A DNA stretch of 64,000 nt. It comes from Octopus bimaculoides (Eukaryota). Made by a program: the position numbers and the translations under genes. The notes beneath the pieces are model-generated. The model was not told where the DNA came from. It saw nothing but the letters and a program-made list of their open reading frames with translations, and made no database searches. This document shows, piece by piece, positions 24,961 to 37,899 of this stretch. The DNA is taken from assembly GCF_001194135.2 (NCBI RefSeq), contig NC_068983.1, forward strand, positions 35,988,429 through 36,052,428. Direction: 5' to 3'. How positions within the stretch are numbered: position 1 is the first letter of the stretch; each line of letters begins with the position of its first letter.

Positions 24961-25136
24961 AGCTGTGTACAGTGTTATCAGCCAGTCAGATCCATTAGAA
25001 GCACATGCAGAAATTGCAGATAAAACAGAAGATTACCTATGGTTGAAGCTTTGCCAGATCCAGTTTGAAGTGGATCCATCTGGCCAAGATCAATACACAC
25101 TCCAGAAACTACAGTCTTTATTGTATGAAGAATATG
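24961..25136 (+). CDS. NUP93: Nup93 coding exon 12
   Basis: AVYSVISQSDPLEAHAEIADKTEDYLWLKLCQIQFEVDPSGQDQYTLQKLQSLLYEEY(G); ttacag / gtaaga. Confidence 0.97.
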
Positions 25137-25374
25137 GTAAGACACTACCTACTACCACTACCATTTTCTCCATCACCAGTACTGGTAGGTGCAGGTGTGG
25201 CTGTGTGGTAAGGTGTTTGCTTCCTGATCACATGGTTCAAATTCAGTCCTGGCTGCATGGCACTTTGGGCAAGTATCTCCAACTATAGGAAGAATTCATG
25301 AAAAACCAACAGACGAAGACAGGTGGTGTAGACAAAAAATGGATGTATTAGTATAACACTCGAGAATAGAGAGT

Positions 25375-25410
25375 CTTTAGCGTTTTGAGCCTACGCTCTT
25401 CAACAGAAAG
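25375..25410 (-). ncRNA. Degenerate hammerhead-like motif inside a 147-bp insertion
   Basis: CTTT CTGTTGA A GAGC-gtag-GCTC AAAA CG CT AAAG: helices I and II intact, core positions 6, 12 and 16.1 deviate. Confidence 0.5.
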
Positions 25411-26019
25411 GAACACAGAAAGAAACAAGGATGCTACTATAGCCTTGGGCTGACTAAAGCCTTGTCAGTGGATTTGGTAGACAGAAACTGAAAGAAGCCT
25501 ATCTTAGGTGTGAGTGTTTATGTCTGTGTTTGTCCTCCATCACTGCTGGACAACTATTATTGGTGTGTTTGCATAGCTGTAACTTAGTGGTTTGGCGAGG
25601 CTAAACAACACCCCAACTCCCACATTGCTTCTGCTTCATCAGTGTACATGATACCTTGTTGATATTGATAAACCACATAGGATGGTGAGCTGGCAGAATC
25701 ATTAGCACATCAGACGAAATACTTAGCAACATTTCATTTGTCTTTACATTTCTGAGTTCAAACTCTGCCAAGGTTGACTTAGCCTTTCATTACCTTTTAG
25801 GTGGGTTCATAAAACGAGTACCAATTGAGCGATGAGGTTGGTGTAGTTGATCAGCCTCCTCCTTCCAAACTTCAAGCCTGGTGACTGTTATAGAAAACAG
25901 GATGGTATACCATCCTGTCACTTGTTATATTTTACAGTTGCACATCATTCTGTACTTTATTGTACCATCTCTTGCTTTAACATGCATGTGTTTTTATGCA
26001 TTTTAACTTGTAACTTGCT

Positions 26020-26375
26020 TACCAACCACATGGTTCCAGGTTCAGTCCCACTGCGTGACACCTTGGCAAGTGTCTTCTACTGTAGCCTCAGGCCGACCAA
26101 AGCCTGGTGAGTGGATTTGGGAGATGGAAACTGAAAGAAGCTCGTCATATATATATATATCTACGTGTATATGTTTGTGTGTCTGTGTTTGTCCCCCCCA
26201 CCATCGCTTGACAACCGATGCTGGTGTGTTTAAGGCCCACGTAACTTAGCGATTCAGCAAAAGAGACTGATAGAATAAGTACTAGGCTTACAAAGAATGA
26301 GTCCTGGGCTTGATTGTTTTTGACTGAAGGCAGTGCTCCAGCATGGCTGTAGTCAAATGACTGAAGCAAAAGAGT
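26020..26375 (+). mobile_element. tRNA-derived SINE family B
   Basis: ggttcagtcccactgcgtgacaccttggcaagtgtcttctac..gatggaaactgaaagaagc..cagtcaaatgactgaa; other copies ~12850-13170, 31575-31940, 41440-41790, 46090-46475 (-), 25183-25600. Confidence 0.85.
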
Positions 26376-26398
26376 AATGATTTATTGTTCTGTTTTAG

Positions 26399-26590
26399 GT
26401 GAAAGTCACTTTAACGCCTACCAACAACCATACCTCTATTTCCAAGTCTTGTTCCTTACATGTCAGTTTGAAGCTGCTCTCGAGTTCCTCTCTCGTATCG
26501 ATGCTCTACGCTGTCATGCTGTCCATGTTGCTTTAGTATTGTTTGAACTGAAACTGTTACTGCTTCCATCCTCAACACAAGTTGCTCTCT
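26399..26590 (+). CDS. NUP93: Nup93 coding exon 13
   Basis: [63 protein letters not shown]; ttttag / gtaagt. Confidence 0.97.
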
Positions 26591-26794
26591 GTAAGTATTG
26601 TTTCATTCTGCTCTTCTGTTTGTGATGCTATTCTTTTTATATTTGAAGCAGTTCAGCTTTTGGCTGATAAATTTAGCTTTTTTAGGAAAAAGAAACAAAA
26701 AAAAAAAATGAAACTTGATATTGTTCTAAATTTTTGTTTAGTTGCATTCTACAGAATGTTCTCTGCAGACATCTGTTAGTTACTAAGGTCTTTC

Positions 26795-27070
26795 ATCATC
26801 AGTATCATCATCGTTTAACGTCCGCTTTCCATGCTAGCATGGGTTGGACGATTTGACTGAGGACTGGTGAACCAGATGGCTACACCAGGCTCCAATCTGA
26901 TTTGGCAGAGTTTCTACAGCTGGATGCCCTTCCTAACACCAACCACCCCAAGAGTGTAGTGGGTGCTTTTACGTACCACTGGCACGAAGGCCAGTCAGGA
27001 GGTACTGGCAACGGCCACGCTCGAAATGGTGTATTCTATGTGCCACCTGCACAGGAGCCAGTCCAGCAGG
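26795..27070 (-). mobile_element. SINE family A
   Basis: Reverse-complement body. Confidence 0.88.
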
Positions 27071-27852
27071 CCTAAGTTTTTAATGTAAATGTTTTAAAAC
27101 ATGGCCAGCTCTAATTTGAAGCAGGAAAATAGCAACAGACTTACTGGTGTGCCATAAACCATGTATCTGTCTGTTTGTGGAGTTAAAATGCTCTAGTGTC
27201 TGCTTTGGTATGATTTCTATGGCGGGATACCCTTCTTAACACCAACCACTTTAGAGTGTACTTGGTGCTTTTATCAAGCAACCAGCATTAGTAAGGAGAC
27301 CATGCAGCTTACAAGACTATGAACCCTGAGTGGGGGCACTTTGGGCTGAGCAGGTTTCTTGTAGAGGAGCTACTTGGTTATTCACATTTAGGAGAAAACG
27401 TGAAATGATCAGGTGGAGCTGCAAAGAACGAAATAGTGGTAACGTGGTCTCCAGGTGGCCTCTCAAAGCACTAGGGACATTTTATCTAACAAAAGGAAGA
27501 GCTGGAACACATTTGATCCTTGTGCTTGTGCCACATAAGACACCCATGCTGGTGCCATGTATAAAACACTGGTGTCACATAAAAAGCACCCAGTACACTC
27601 TGTAAAGTGGTTGGCATTAGGAAGAGCATCCAGTTGTAGAAACCATGCTGAAATGATAATTGGTGCCTGGTGCAGCTCTCCAGCTTGCCAGTTCCTATCA
27701 CACTGTTCAACCCATGTCAGCATGGGAAACAGATTTTAGATGATGATGATGATACTTAGTCAGAGTTGGCTTGATGCTAGATAACAGCAACAACTTCTAA
27801 TCATGTAAATTCAGATAATTGACTTTATTGATTACTTAGCTTTGTAGAATGA

Positions 27853-27892
<40 letters not shown>

Positions 27893-28241
27893 NNNNNNNN
27901 NNNNNNNNNNNNNNNNNNNNNNNNNNNNNNNNNNNNNNNNNNNNNNNNNNNNNNNNNNNNNNNNNNNNNNNNNNNNNNNNNNNNNNNNNNNNNNNNNNNN
28001 NNNNNNNNNNNNNNNNNNNNNNNNNNNNNNNNNNNNNNNNNNNNNNNNNNNNNNNNNNNNNNNNNNNNNNNNNNNNNNNNNNNNNNNNNNNNNNNNNNNN
28101 NNNNNNNNNNNNNNNNNNNNNNNNNNNNNNNNNNNNNNNNNNNNNNNNNNNNNNNNNNNNNNNNNNNNNNNNNNNNNNNNNNNNNNNNNNNNNNNNNNNN
28201 NNNNNNNNNNNNNNNNNNNNNNNNNNNNNNNNNNNNNNNNN
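27893..28241. other. Assembly gap (349 N) in NUP93 intron 13
   Basis: N run beginning at an (AT)n tract; exon phases close across it, so no coding exon appears to be lost. Confidence 1.
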
Positions 28242-28304
28242 TTTTCTCGAATAAAGGCAGTGCTCCAGCATGGCCGCAGTCAAATGACTGAAACGAGTAA
28301 AAAA

Positions 28305-28565
28305 GAATTATTATTATTATATTCAAGTAACTGCCTGGAATCAAACTTGGAATCTTGGGGTTAGTAGCCCATGCTCTTAACCCCAAGATTCCAAGTTTGA
28401 TTCCAGGCAGTGACCTGAATAATGATAATAATATCGGAAAAATACCTTAGGAATGAGAACCCAGGTTCGAAATTCCCCCAAGACACCTGATGAAGGCTGG
28501 AGAGTACATCAGCTAAAATGTTGTGTTAACAACAAACAAGATGAGGACGAATATCCGTCAAATGT
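28305..28565. mobile_element. tRNA-headed hammerhead-bearing element with inverted 5' duplication
   Basis: Perfect 33-bp hairpin 28331-28363/28378-28410 containing a B-box-like GTTTGATTC; continues into the hammerhead motif. Confidence 0.65.
28482..28527 (+). ncRNA. Degenerate hammerhead (G12 lost) in tRNA-headed element
   Basis: GACAC CTGATGA A GGCTG-gagagtacat-CAGCT AAAA TG TT GTGTT. Confidence 0.6.
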
Positions 28566-28615
28566 ATATTATATATATATATATATCTATTAAAGTATTT
28601 TGTTTTGCTATGCAG

Positions 28616-28742
28616 TAACTCAAGATCCTGCAGATCCATCACCACAACGCCGACTGAACTTTGCTCGTCTCGTCATGATGTACACACGAAAATTTGAAGC
28701 CACAGATCCACGAGAAGCTCTCCAATATTTCTTTTTCTTGCG
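28616..28742 (+). CDS. NUP93: Nup93 coding exon 14
   Basis: [41 protein letters not shown](R); atgcag / gtaaat. Confidence 0.97.
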
Positions 28743-29559
28743 GTAAATTGCTATGTTCATCATCTCTTTTTCTCCCTTCCCCCTCTTATGATGGTTATAA
28801 ATGAACTTCACTGTCATACAAGCAATGTTTTTTGTTTCCAGTTTTGTCTGATAAACATGTTTTGCCTTGGGGAAATATTACTGTGCTTGGAAGCAGTTGA
28901 GGGGTTGTAATGGGAAGGGCATTTCTTGTAGAAAATCTGCTTCAACAAATTCTGTCTCACCCTATTATGCAATGGGAAAGTGGACATTAAATGATGATGA
29001 TGATGATTATATACAAACACACTCAATTACATATTTCATCATCATCATCATCATTTAATGTCCTTTGTCCATGCTGTCACAGGTTGGACGGTTTGACTGG
29101 GCTGGCACACTGGAAGGCTGCACCAGATTCTAGTCTGATTTAGCATGGTTTTCTATGGCTGGATGCCGTTTCTAATGCTAACCACTCTGAGTGCTTTTAT
29201 GTGCCACCGGCATGGGTGCCATTTGCATGACACCAGGGTGCGGTTACCTGCCAATTTGCATGACACCGGTATCTGCCGCATAACTTTGAAGTTGTTGGGT
29301 TGCTACTGCAGGCTTTATCTTTACAGTGTGTTTTGTAAGAGAATTCAACCTGCACACTTGTCTGAGGTACTACATAGCGAGACTGAACCTAAAAACCTGT
29401 GGTTGGGAAACTTCTTAACCACACAGCCATGTCTGTATCTAGATTTGGTGTATGATATCCATGACTACAGCTTGACTCCAGTCTATGCCATTATGGAATA
29501 AGGAATGGCAACAACAAAAAGCATGTTCTCTTTGGCTTATTTAACATCATATACTGTAT

Positions 29560-29975
29560 TCACTAGTGGTCGATGCCTGTGCCCCCTGACTGGCTCCTGT
29601 GCCGGTGGTACGTATAAAGCACTATCCGAATGTGATCAATGCCTGGGCCACCTGACTGGCTCCTGTGCTGGTGGCACATAAAAAGCACCATCCAAACGTA
29701 GTCGATGCCAGTGCCCCTGACTGGCTCCTGTGCCGGTGGCATGTAAAAAGCACTATCCGAATGTGATCGATGCCCGGCCCACCTAACTGGCTCCTGTACC
29801 AGTGGCATGTAAAAAACATCTCGGAGTGGTTGGTGTTAGGAAGGGCATTCAGCTGTAGAAACATTGTCAGATCAGATTGGAGCCTGGTGCTGCCGTTGAC
29901 TCTTCAGACCTCAGTCAAACCGTCCAACCCAAGCTAGCATAGAAAATGGACGTTAAATGATGATGATGATGATGT
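29560..29975 (+). mobile_element. SINE family A with 65-66-bp 5' units
   Basis: Anchors at 29599, 29665, 29730, 29796. Confidence 0.88.
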
Positions 29976-30145
29976 GTTTGTGTGTGTTACTCTTTAATGT
30001 CAACACTTGTTAAAGAATAATATGTATTCTACAAAAAGTATTGATAATTGATCAGTTTAATGTCAAATTGTTTTATAACTTGATATAAAAAAGCATTGAT
30101 ATGTCTGTCTGTCTGTCTACCTTTATTTTGTTCCTATTTTTCAAG

Positions 30146-30218
30146 GAATATAAAGTCATCCACTGAAGGAAACCTTTTCATGTCTTGTGTGACAGAACTT
30201 ATTTTTGAAACTAAAGAG
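30146..30218 (+). CDS. NUP93: Nup93 coding exon 15
   Basis: NIKSSTEGNLFMSCVTELIFETKE; less common AAG acceptor (tttttcaag) / gttagt. Confidence 0.93.
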
Positions 30219-32068
30219 GTTAGTACTTAATCATTTATTTTGTTTGATAGTATTATTATATGCTCCCCTTCTTTTATGTCATTAAATCTTAAAAGGAGCT
30301 AACAATTTATCCTCTACTACATGGTTGCTCAACCTGCTAGATATAGCAGCCAACTCTCCCTCTAATGACACTTTGTTATATTTAAAGCAGACACCTTGAA
30401 TAATGTAGTTCTAGATACATTACGCCTGAAAATAAGATGTACTGCTCATGGCTGAAATGCTGTTAGTCATAACTCTGCTTGATTAGATCAGACCTGGGGT
30501 TAAACAAGTTTCAAATTCTTGGTGGTCAATTGCAGAAGCATGATTGCTGGATTAAATATCTCATTGTATTTAGTTAACTCCCTTTATTTTCAGAGTTTCA
30601 CACCAACTAGAGTTGCGAGGTGATGAAAAAAATGTACCAGTCACTTTTGGTGTTGGCTGAATCTAGTATACTCTCCTTGCCAAACTTATGGGTTTCGTGT
30701 CAAAGCTAGAAATCATTTTTAAAACTGCTTGGTTTTTAGTTTTGTCCTTTTATATGCTGAGCTCAACTTTGCCTTCCATTGTTTCATGGTTGATAAAATA
30801 AAATACCTGTCAAGTACTGACGGTGATTTAATTGAATAATTTCTTCCTCCAAAATTTCAGGCCTTAAGCCTAGCTTAGAAATTATTATTTTGCTTTTAAT
30901 CTGCTTGTTTGATATAGTCCAGGCACATGCCGTCAGTAATTACTCAGGCGCATGACTGAGTTGAAGGCAGAATTACTTCTGCTTTTATAGCGCATAAAGA
31001 AAACGTTGTTGTAAGAATGTACGCAGCACGTTTTAATACTGGGATTGAAAGGCAGGGGTGAATTATGCCTACCTAATCTACAAAAAAATAAGGTATTTTA
31101 CATTTTATGCATAGTAATCAGAGTAACCTTCATAATTTTATTGAATTAGGTGCATATTTTGCCATAAAAGAAATATGTTACTATCAATCTATTTTATTCA
31201 AGCTAGGCACTCCCTACCTTGCCTATCCAGGCAGTATGAACCTGATATAGTCGCGTGCCAAGTCATCCCCAGCAACTTAGAGGAATTGAAGATTAATAGA
31301 TGTTTAGATGTAATTGAAAGTTTGGGAAAGGAAAGTGAGAGCAATATAGAAATACCATCATTCTTGGTACAAGGCTAGCAATTTTAAGGGGAGGAGAGGA
31401 TTAGTTGAATGCAATAAACCTCAGTGCTTGACTGGTACTTTATTTTATTGACAAAAGGATGAAAGGCAAAATTGAACTCAGAATGTAAAGGACTAGAAGA
31501 AATGATGCTAAGCATTTTGTCTGATGTGTTTCCAGTTCTACCAGTTTGCCACTTTATCAATAAAAATAAAAATAAATAGGTGCAGGAGTGTCTGTGTGGT
31601 AAGAAGCTTGCTTCCCAACCACATGGTTCTGGGTGCAGCCCCACTGTGTGGCACTTGAGGCAAGTGTCTTCTATTATAACCTTGGGCCGACCAAAGCCTT
31701 GGGAGAGGATTTGGTAGACAGAAACTACAAGAAGCCCATTGTTTATATATGTATTTGTATGTCTGTGTTTGTCCCCACACTATCGCTTGACAACCGATGT
31801 TGGTGTGTTTATGTCCCTGTAACTTAGCGGTTCAGCAAAACAAACTGATAAAATAAGTACTAGGCTTACAAAGAATAAGTCCTAGGGTCAATTTCTTCAA
31901 CCAACACACTTTAAGGCAGTTAAACAAGTAAAAGAATAAAGTTACATAGTAGACCAGTTCCATCCATCACCAATGTTCCTATACAAACATCAATTCTGGT
32001 GTTGTTGAATAAAACCAATGAATATTTTGTTTGTTTTTGATTGATATTTTTCAATGATTTCTTTCCAG

Positions 32069-32113
32069 TTTGAAATGATGCTGGGTAAACTCAATCAAGA
32101 TGGTATTCGTCTG
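32069..32113 (+). CDS. NUP93: Nup93 coding exon 16
   Basis: FEMMLGKLNQDGIRL (cf. FDMILGKLENDGSRK); ttccag / gtaagt. Confidence 0.94.
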
Positions 32114-32888
32114 GTAAGTTTATCAAAGTGTTTTTGTCATTTAAATTTTTGTTAAGTGCTCTCTTTTATTTCTTTTCTTAAATAAATATTTGTTAATTAT
32201 TGATGTCATAAGAATTTATAAGCCTCAAGAGAATGTGAAATTAGTCATTTTTGGAACAGTGTCTTGAAGCAGATAAAGCTATAAATAAACATGTAAATGT
32301 TAGGTTTTAAAAAAAAACCCTTTGGGTAGAAAAGTCAAAGGCTGCCAATGAGACATGGACCCTACAGGTGGCCTTTTTCTCTCCAAAAGGGATTTTTTTA
32401 ACCCAATATTTACATGCTCTAAGGTGGCTAGCTGGCAGAAACATTAGAACGTTAGCACGCTGAAATGCTTAGTGGTATTTCGTCTGCCGTTACGTTCTGA
32501 GTTCAAATTCTGTCAAGGTCGACTTTGCCTTTCATGGTTGATAAATTAAGTACCAGTTACGCACTGGGGTCGATGTAATCGTCTTAATCCCTTTGTCTGT
32601 CCTTATTTGTCCCCTCTATGTTTAGCCCCTTGTGGGCAATAAAGAAATAAGAAACATTAGAACGATGGGTGGAATGCTTAGCAGTATTTCACCTGTCTTG
32701 ACATTCTGAGTTCAAATTCTGCCATGGTCAACTTTGCCTTTCATCTTTTTGGGGTTGATAAATTTATAGCTTTATCAACTTCAAGCTACACTGTTCCAAA
32801 AAAAAGGAATAGTTATGTTTTCTTTGAATTAAATTTCATTCAAAATTTTAATGATTAAGTCAAGACTTCTTTTCCCTTCTCTTTGTAG

Positions 32889-33005
32889 CCTGGAGCAATC
32901 GACAAATTCCAAGCTGACAGTGAAGACATTATAAAATTAGTGGCAAAAAGTACCCAGGATAAAGGTTTCTTTGAAGAAGCTGTTAAATTATATGACTTAG
33001 CACAT
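32889..33005 (+). CDS. NUP93: Nup93 coding exon 17
   Basis: [39 protein letters not shown]; ttgtag / gtaagt. Confidence 0.96.
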
Positions 33006-33252
33006 GTAAGTTATTTCTACCTGAGTCTTTTAATTTCTCAATACATCTTGAATCATCTTACAGTCTAAGACGATGGTGATGAGAACTGACACCTAAGTTA
33101 ACATGTTCAAGAAGGTGAATAGAAGAGAGAGTGTGGTGACAGAAGAACCAAAAGAAGGTTGGGTAAAGGTTGGAAGTATGTGTGTGTGTGTGTGTAAGAG
33201 AGAGATGGGAGTGGATGATGTATATAAATGGAAAATGTGGTGATCAGATGTA

Positions 33253-34142
33253 AATAACTGTTCAATTTCACTAGAATGTTTCTCGTGCCATTCAGTAACA
33301 ACTTTAGCTGTGTGATTTGGTGCATTATCATCCTGAAAGATTGTGTTTCCCTCCGGAAATAGTTCTGCAACGACAGGATGAATTTGACCAGATAAAAGGC
33401 TTAAATAGCCTTGACTATTAATTCTGCCATGAAGGGAAACCATTGGGCTGGCAGATTTCCAAGCTTTAGCCCACCAGATCATCACAGATCATCCTCCATG
33501 TTTAACAGTTGGAAGAAGGTCAGTGGTTGGAAATAGAGTAAAGGATGACTTGTTCGAGAAAATAACAGTCTTCCACTGCTCTAGGAACCAATTCCGTAGG
33601 TTTTTACTCCACTCTAAATGCTTTCCAACGTTTGATTTTGAAAGTAGTGGTTTTCTGATTGCAGCCCTCCCATGGAATCCGGCTTTGTTCAGCTCCTGGC
33701 GAACAGTTTTTGTGGAAACTGGGTTCTTGAGGTGGTCATTAAGCTCTGCAGTAATTTTGGGAGCTGTGCTTGTCTGAAAGTTTTGGTTTTCTTCCAGAGT
33801 TTTGTTTTGACAAGGAGGTTTTTCCCTCTTTCTCAAAGGCTGTCATTACTTTCGAAACAGTACTTCTTGATACACCAAACATTTCAGCTGTTTTCATTAC
33901 GCTAGCACCTGCCATACGAGCACCAACAATTTGACCCCTTTGAAAGTCCGATAGATCTGTCATTTTAATGAATTTTAATTACCTTTTCCTGATGATATCT
34001 GAAAAGAAAAAGCAATTTTAGCAAAACATATTAAGCAACACTAATAATAAATAAAAAAAACATAAAAATAAACAAGCTTTTGATGATTGTATAGATATTT
34101 CAAAATTATGATGCTAAGTGTTTCCATTATTTTGTCCAACCC

Positions 34143-34145
<3 letters not shown>
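33253..34145 (-). mobile_element. Tc1-like transposon relic, 3' truncated, in NUP93 intron 17
   Basis: TIR CAGGGGTTGGACAAAATAATGGAAACAC next to TA; frameshifted transposase MTDLSDFQRGQIVGARMAGAS..., WKTVIFSNKSSF, IFQDDNAPNHTAK. Confidence 0.92.
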
Positions 34146-34191
<46 letters not shown>

Positions 34192-34438
34192 TGCACACAA
34201 GTTTTATTTTCTGGTTGATGCTATTCTCTGTCATAAAGCATTTATGAAATGCTTCAGATTATTGGTAAAAACTGTAAAGGATATTTTGACCTTAAACACT
34301 GGAAAACCAATACCAGTTAGATACCAGTATTGATTAAATAAGCTCTATTTTGTCCTGTAAAATTTTAGTCTTGTGCTTTCTTGAAAGAGATCATTATATT
34401 AAATTACCATTGCAAAATGTGAAATAATTATTTTTCAG

Positions 34439-34557
34439 TCACATGATCAAGTGATGATTTTATTAAACAAACTGCTGAGTGATGTTGTTTCCCAACCTAA
34501 TTTACCACAGTCCAACCGAGAAAGACTCCGAGCTTTGGCATTAGACATTGCCCAACG
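34439..34557 (+). CDS. NUP93: Nup93 coding exon 18
   Basis: SHDQVMILLNKLLSDVVSQPNLPQSNRERLRALALDIAQ(R); tttcag / gtaggt. Confidence 0.96.
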
Positions 34558-35044
34558 GTAGGTATTAAAGCTTCTTTTAATGTTTCATATTAGGGTCCAC
34601 CACTCCATTGTAATATATCCATTTCCAAGTAGATTCTCTAGTCCTGTTGCAGACAGCTGCTCTAGTACCCTGTCCATGTTGTAAAGTTTTGGCAATAGGA
34701 AGAGCATCTAACTGTTAATAAAAAAAAGAAGAAAAAAAACTCTGCCAAAACATGACATACACTCAAAAAGCAGGTGGTGGTTTCTTTTTATACTGCTCTG
34801 TGTGTGTGTGTGCCAGATGGCGAAAGACCATGGCAAGATGCAATGAGAGCTTTGCAAGCAGTAAAATTAGAAGAGACAGAGGTAAGAAACTTTGTTTGTG
34901 AACTGGAGTTTGAAGGCTGATCTCAAAATGCTGAGCCTTATGAAGGAAATGACAAAGGACAGAGATATGTGGTGCATTGCTGTATTCAAGAAGATAAGCC
35001 CATCACAACAGAATTGATATCTTAAAACCACAGTGGTACTTTAA

Positions 35045-35357
35045 AAAGCATTGGTGGTGGTACCATGTAAAAAAAATTCTGGTGCTGGTGCTACATAAAA
35101 AGCATTGGAGATGGTGCCATATAAAAAGCACTGGTGATGGTGCCACGTAAAAAGTACTGGTGATGGTACCATATAAAAAGCACTGGTGATGGTACCATGT
35201 AAAAAGCAGCCGGTACATTAAAGTGGTTGGCATTAGGAAGGGCATCTAGCTGCAGAAACCATGCCAAAGCAAACTGTGGAACCTGGTGCAATGCCTGGCC
35301 TTGCCAGCTCCTTTCAAGTCATCCAACCCATGCCATTAATGATGATGATGATGATGG
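35045..35357 (+). repeat. 26-bp tandem array heading a SINE-A-type body
   Basis: aaaaagcactggtgatggtgccatat units at 35102, 35128, 35154, 35180, 35206. Confidence 0.85.
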
Positions 35358-36954
35358 TGAGTGAAGGCCACTGAAGTAGAATTAGAAGAGATAGAGGTAA
35401 GAAACTGATTCTATGAATCGGTGATTGGTGTGCGTTAGTAAGTGAAGGCCTTTATCAATCAAATAGCTTTTAGCTGATGTGTGTGTGTGTGTGTGTGTAT
35501 TGGGCAACAGTAACAATCTTCAGTTTATGAGTACAGTACTTTAATCTTTTCTTAACATGAGCAGAAGTTTCATTGTAAAACATTTGCATTTGTGCTTGCT
35601 TTTATCTGATTAAAAAAAAAAAAGATGTCGGTATTCGGTATCTATTTTTCTACACCAACCAGCACAAGTGATGATTTCTACACTTACCACTTCACACACA
35701 CTCAAATGCTCATGTGTATATATGAGCGTGTGGAAGAAGCAGGGTGGTAAACATTTTACAATTGGATGCTTTTTCTTAACCACTAACTTTCCTAACTGTA
35801 AAGTAGGAGTAGAATCTGCTAAAGCAAGCAGTCTGAAGCACACATACAATTTCTTTAATTAGTCATGTGATTTCAACCAATCACTAATTTGTAACTCCCT
35901 TACTGAGAATTATTGACATCTGATTACAATGAACTTTATTAAATTAGATGATTAAGAAGTAGATTTATATTGATTTTTTTTTTTCCTATTTTAGTTTTCA
36001 TTTTATTTTAACATTTTTAGCTGAGCTGTAAAAATAATTGTAAATATCTATAAGTGAATTACAAAATTTGTAAAAAATTAGATTTTCATTAAATTAGTCT
36101 CTTTAATTCTAGTTTTTCAGGAAATGAATATTTTTTTTTTATTAAAGTCTGCTCTCTATTATGTGTGTATATATATATGTGTGTGTGTGTGTGTAATTTG
36201 ATTTACAAGAAATTGGAATATTTGTGTGTATGTGATAGAACTAAAGCCATATTAAATAATGGTAAATTTTTGAGAATGGCTTTAAGAGCAACACACTATT
36301 TTGGATAAATATCATGACAGAATATGAGTGATGATTGACTATAATTAATTTTATTAATTGTATGATTGGAAAAACTATTTTGATTTACAAACTTTTTTTT
36401 TTTAAAGTTATAAAGGTAATGGTTAACAAAAGTTGTGAAAAATTCAATTGGAAAAACTTTTCACTTTGTTTTTTGTTTCTTTAATGAATATTCTTAGGTT
36501 AGAGAATGGTTAAGATTCCTTCCTATGGAAAAGGTGGCAGTTAGTGTATTGACTAAAAAAAATGTATGAGACATTTTGGTTGAAAATATCTTGACTAAAA
36601 TTTAAGATGTTGATGTTTTGAGTAAAAGATAGTTACAAGCAAAGCTGTGCAGTTAAGTCCACTTTGTAATCACATGGTTTCAGGTTCAGTCTCACTGTAC
36701 AGCATCTTGGGCAAGACTCGTCTGCTATAGCCCTGAGCCTTGTGGTGAATTTATTAGACAGAAATTGCAAAGAAGCTTGTCACATGTGTGTATGTGTCAT
36801 CATCATAGATCTGCTTTCCATCATGGCAGGGGTTGGATCAGAACTGGTGAGCTGCAAGGATGTGTTGAGTTCTAATCTCAGCTTTGGTTTTGTTTCTACT
36901 CTGGATGCACTTCTCAATACCAATGTGTGTGTGTGTGTGTGTGTGTGTCTGTGT

Positions 36955-37400
36955 GTACCATCATCATCATCCTCATCGTTTAACATCCACTTTCCATGCT
37001 GGTATGGGTTGGATGGTTTGACTGAGGACTAGCAAGCTAGATGGCTGCACCAGGCTCCAATCTGATCTGGCAGAGTTTCTACAGCTGGATGCCCTTCCTA
37101 ACGCCAACCACTCTGAGAGTGTAGTGGGTGCTTTTATTTGCCACTGGCACGAGGGCCAGTCCGGCGGTACTGGCAACGGCCATGCTCAAATGGTGTTTTT
37201 AACGTGCACTGGCAATGACCTCGCTCGAATGTTGTTTTTCATGTGCCAGTAAGGCAACGCTCGAATGGTGCTTTCTACATGTCACTGGCACGGGAGCCAG
37301 TCAGTGGCCCTGGCAACGATCATGCTTGAATGATGCTTTTAGCGTGCCACTAGCATAGATGCCAGTCATGGGGTGTTGTCATCGAATTTGATTTCAGTTA
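36955..37400 (-). mobile_element. SINE family A with 5' units
   Basis: Reverse-complement body; a + strand relative follows at ~37410-37630. Confidence 0.85.
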
Positions 37401-37899
37401 TATATATATTTCTGTCTACAAGTACTTGGTGACCCTGTCAGTGCAGGTGCCACTTAAAAGCACCTAGTCCACACTGTAAAGTGGTTGGTATTAGGAAGGG
37501 CATCCAGCTGTAAAAACCTTGCCAAAACAGTCACAGAAACCCGGTGCAGGCTTCTGCCTGGCCAGTTCTTGTAAAAACCATCCCACCCATGCTAACATGA
37601 AAGACGGATGTTAAACGATAATGATGATGAACAAGGGATTGCTGAAAGGTTCCTGGTTTTAAGGGTATTGTGAAATGCCTGGTTGGAGGCCCAACCTTCC
37701 AAGTTCTTTTACAAGGCTTAGAAAAACTGAAGGACCACTGCAATAAGTGTGTGAATCTGAGAGGTGAATATGTTGAACAAAATCGTAATTAACTGATCCT
37801 CCTGTATTTTCTTTTACCCAAAGCCAGGAACTTTTCAGCCCCCCCCCTCTCTCTCTCTCTATATATATATGCATGTATGTGTGTTGTTTTTCTTTACAG

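Noticed and set aside
30615-30665. C/D box snoRNA (GTGATGA...CTGA)
   Set aside because: Only ~40 nt between boxes and no terminal stem
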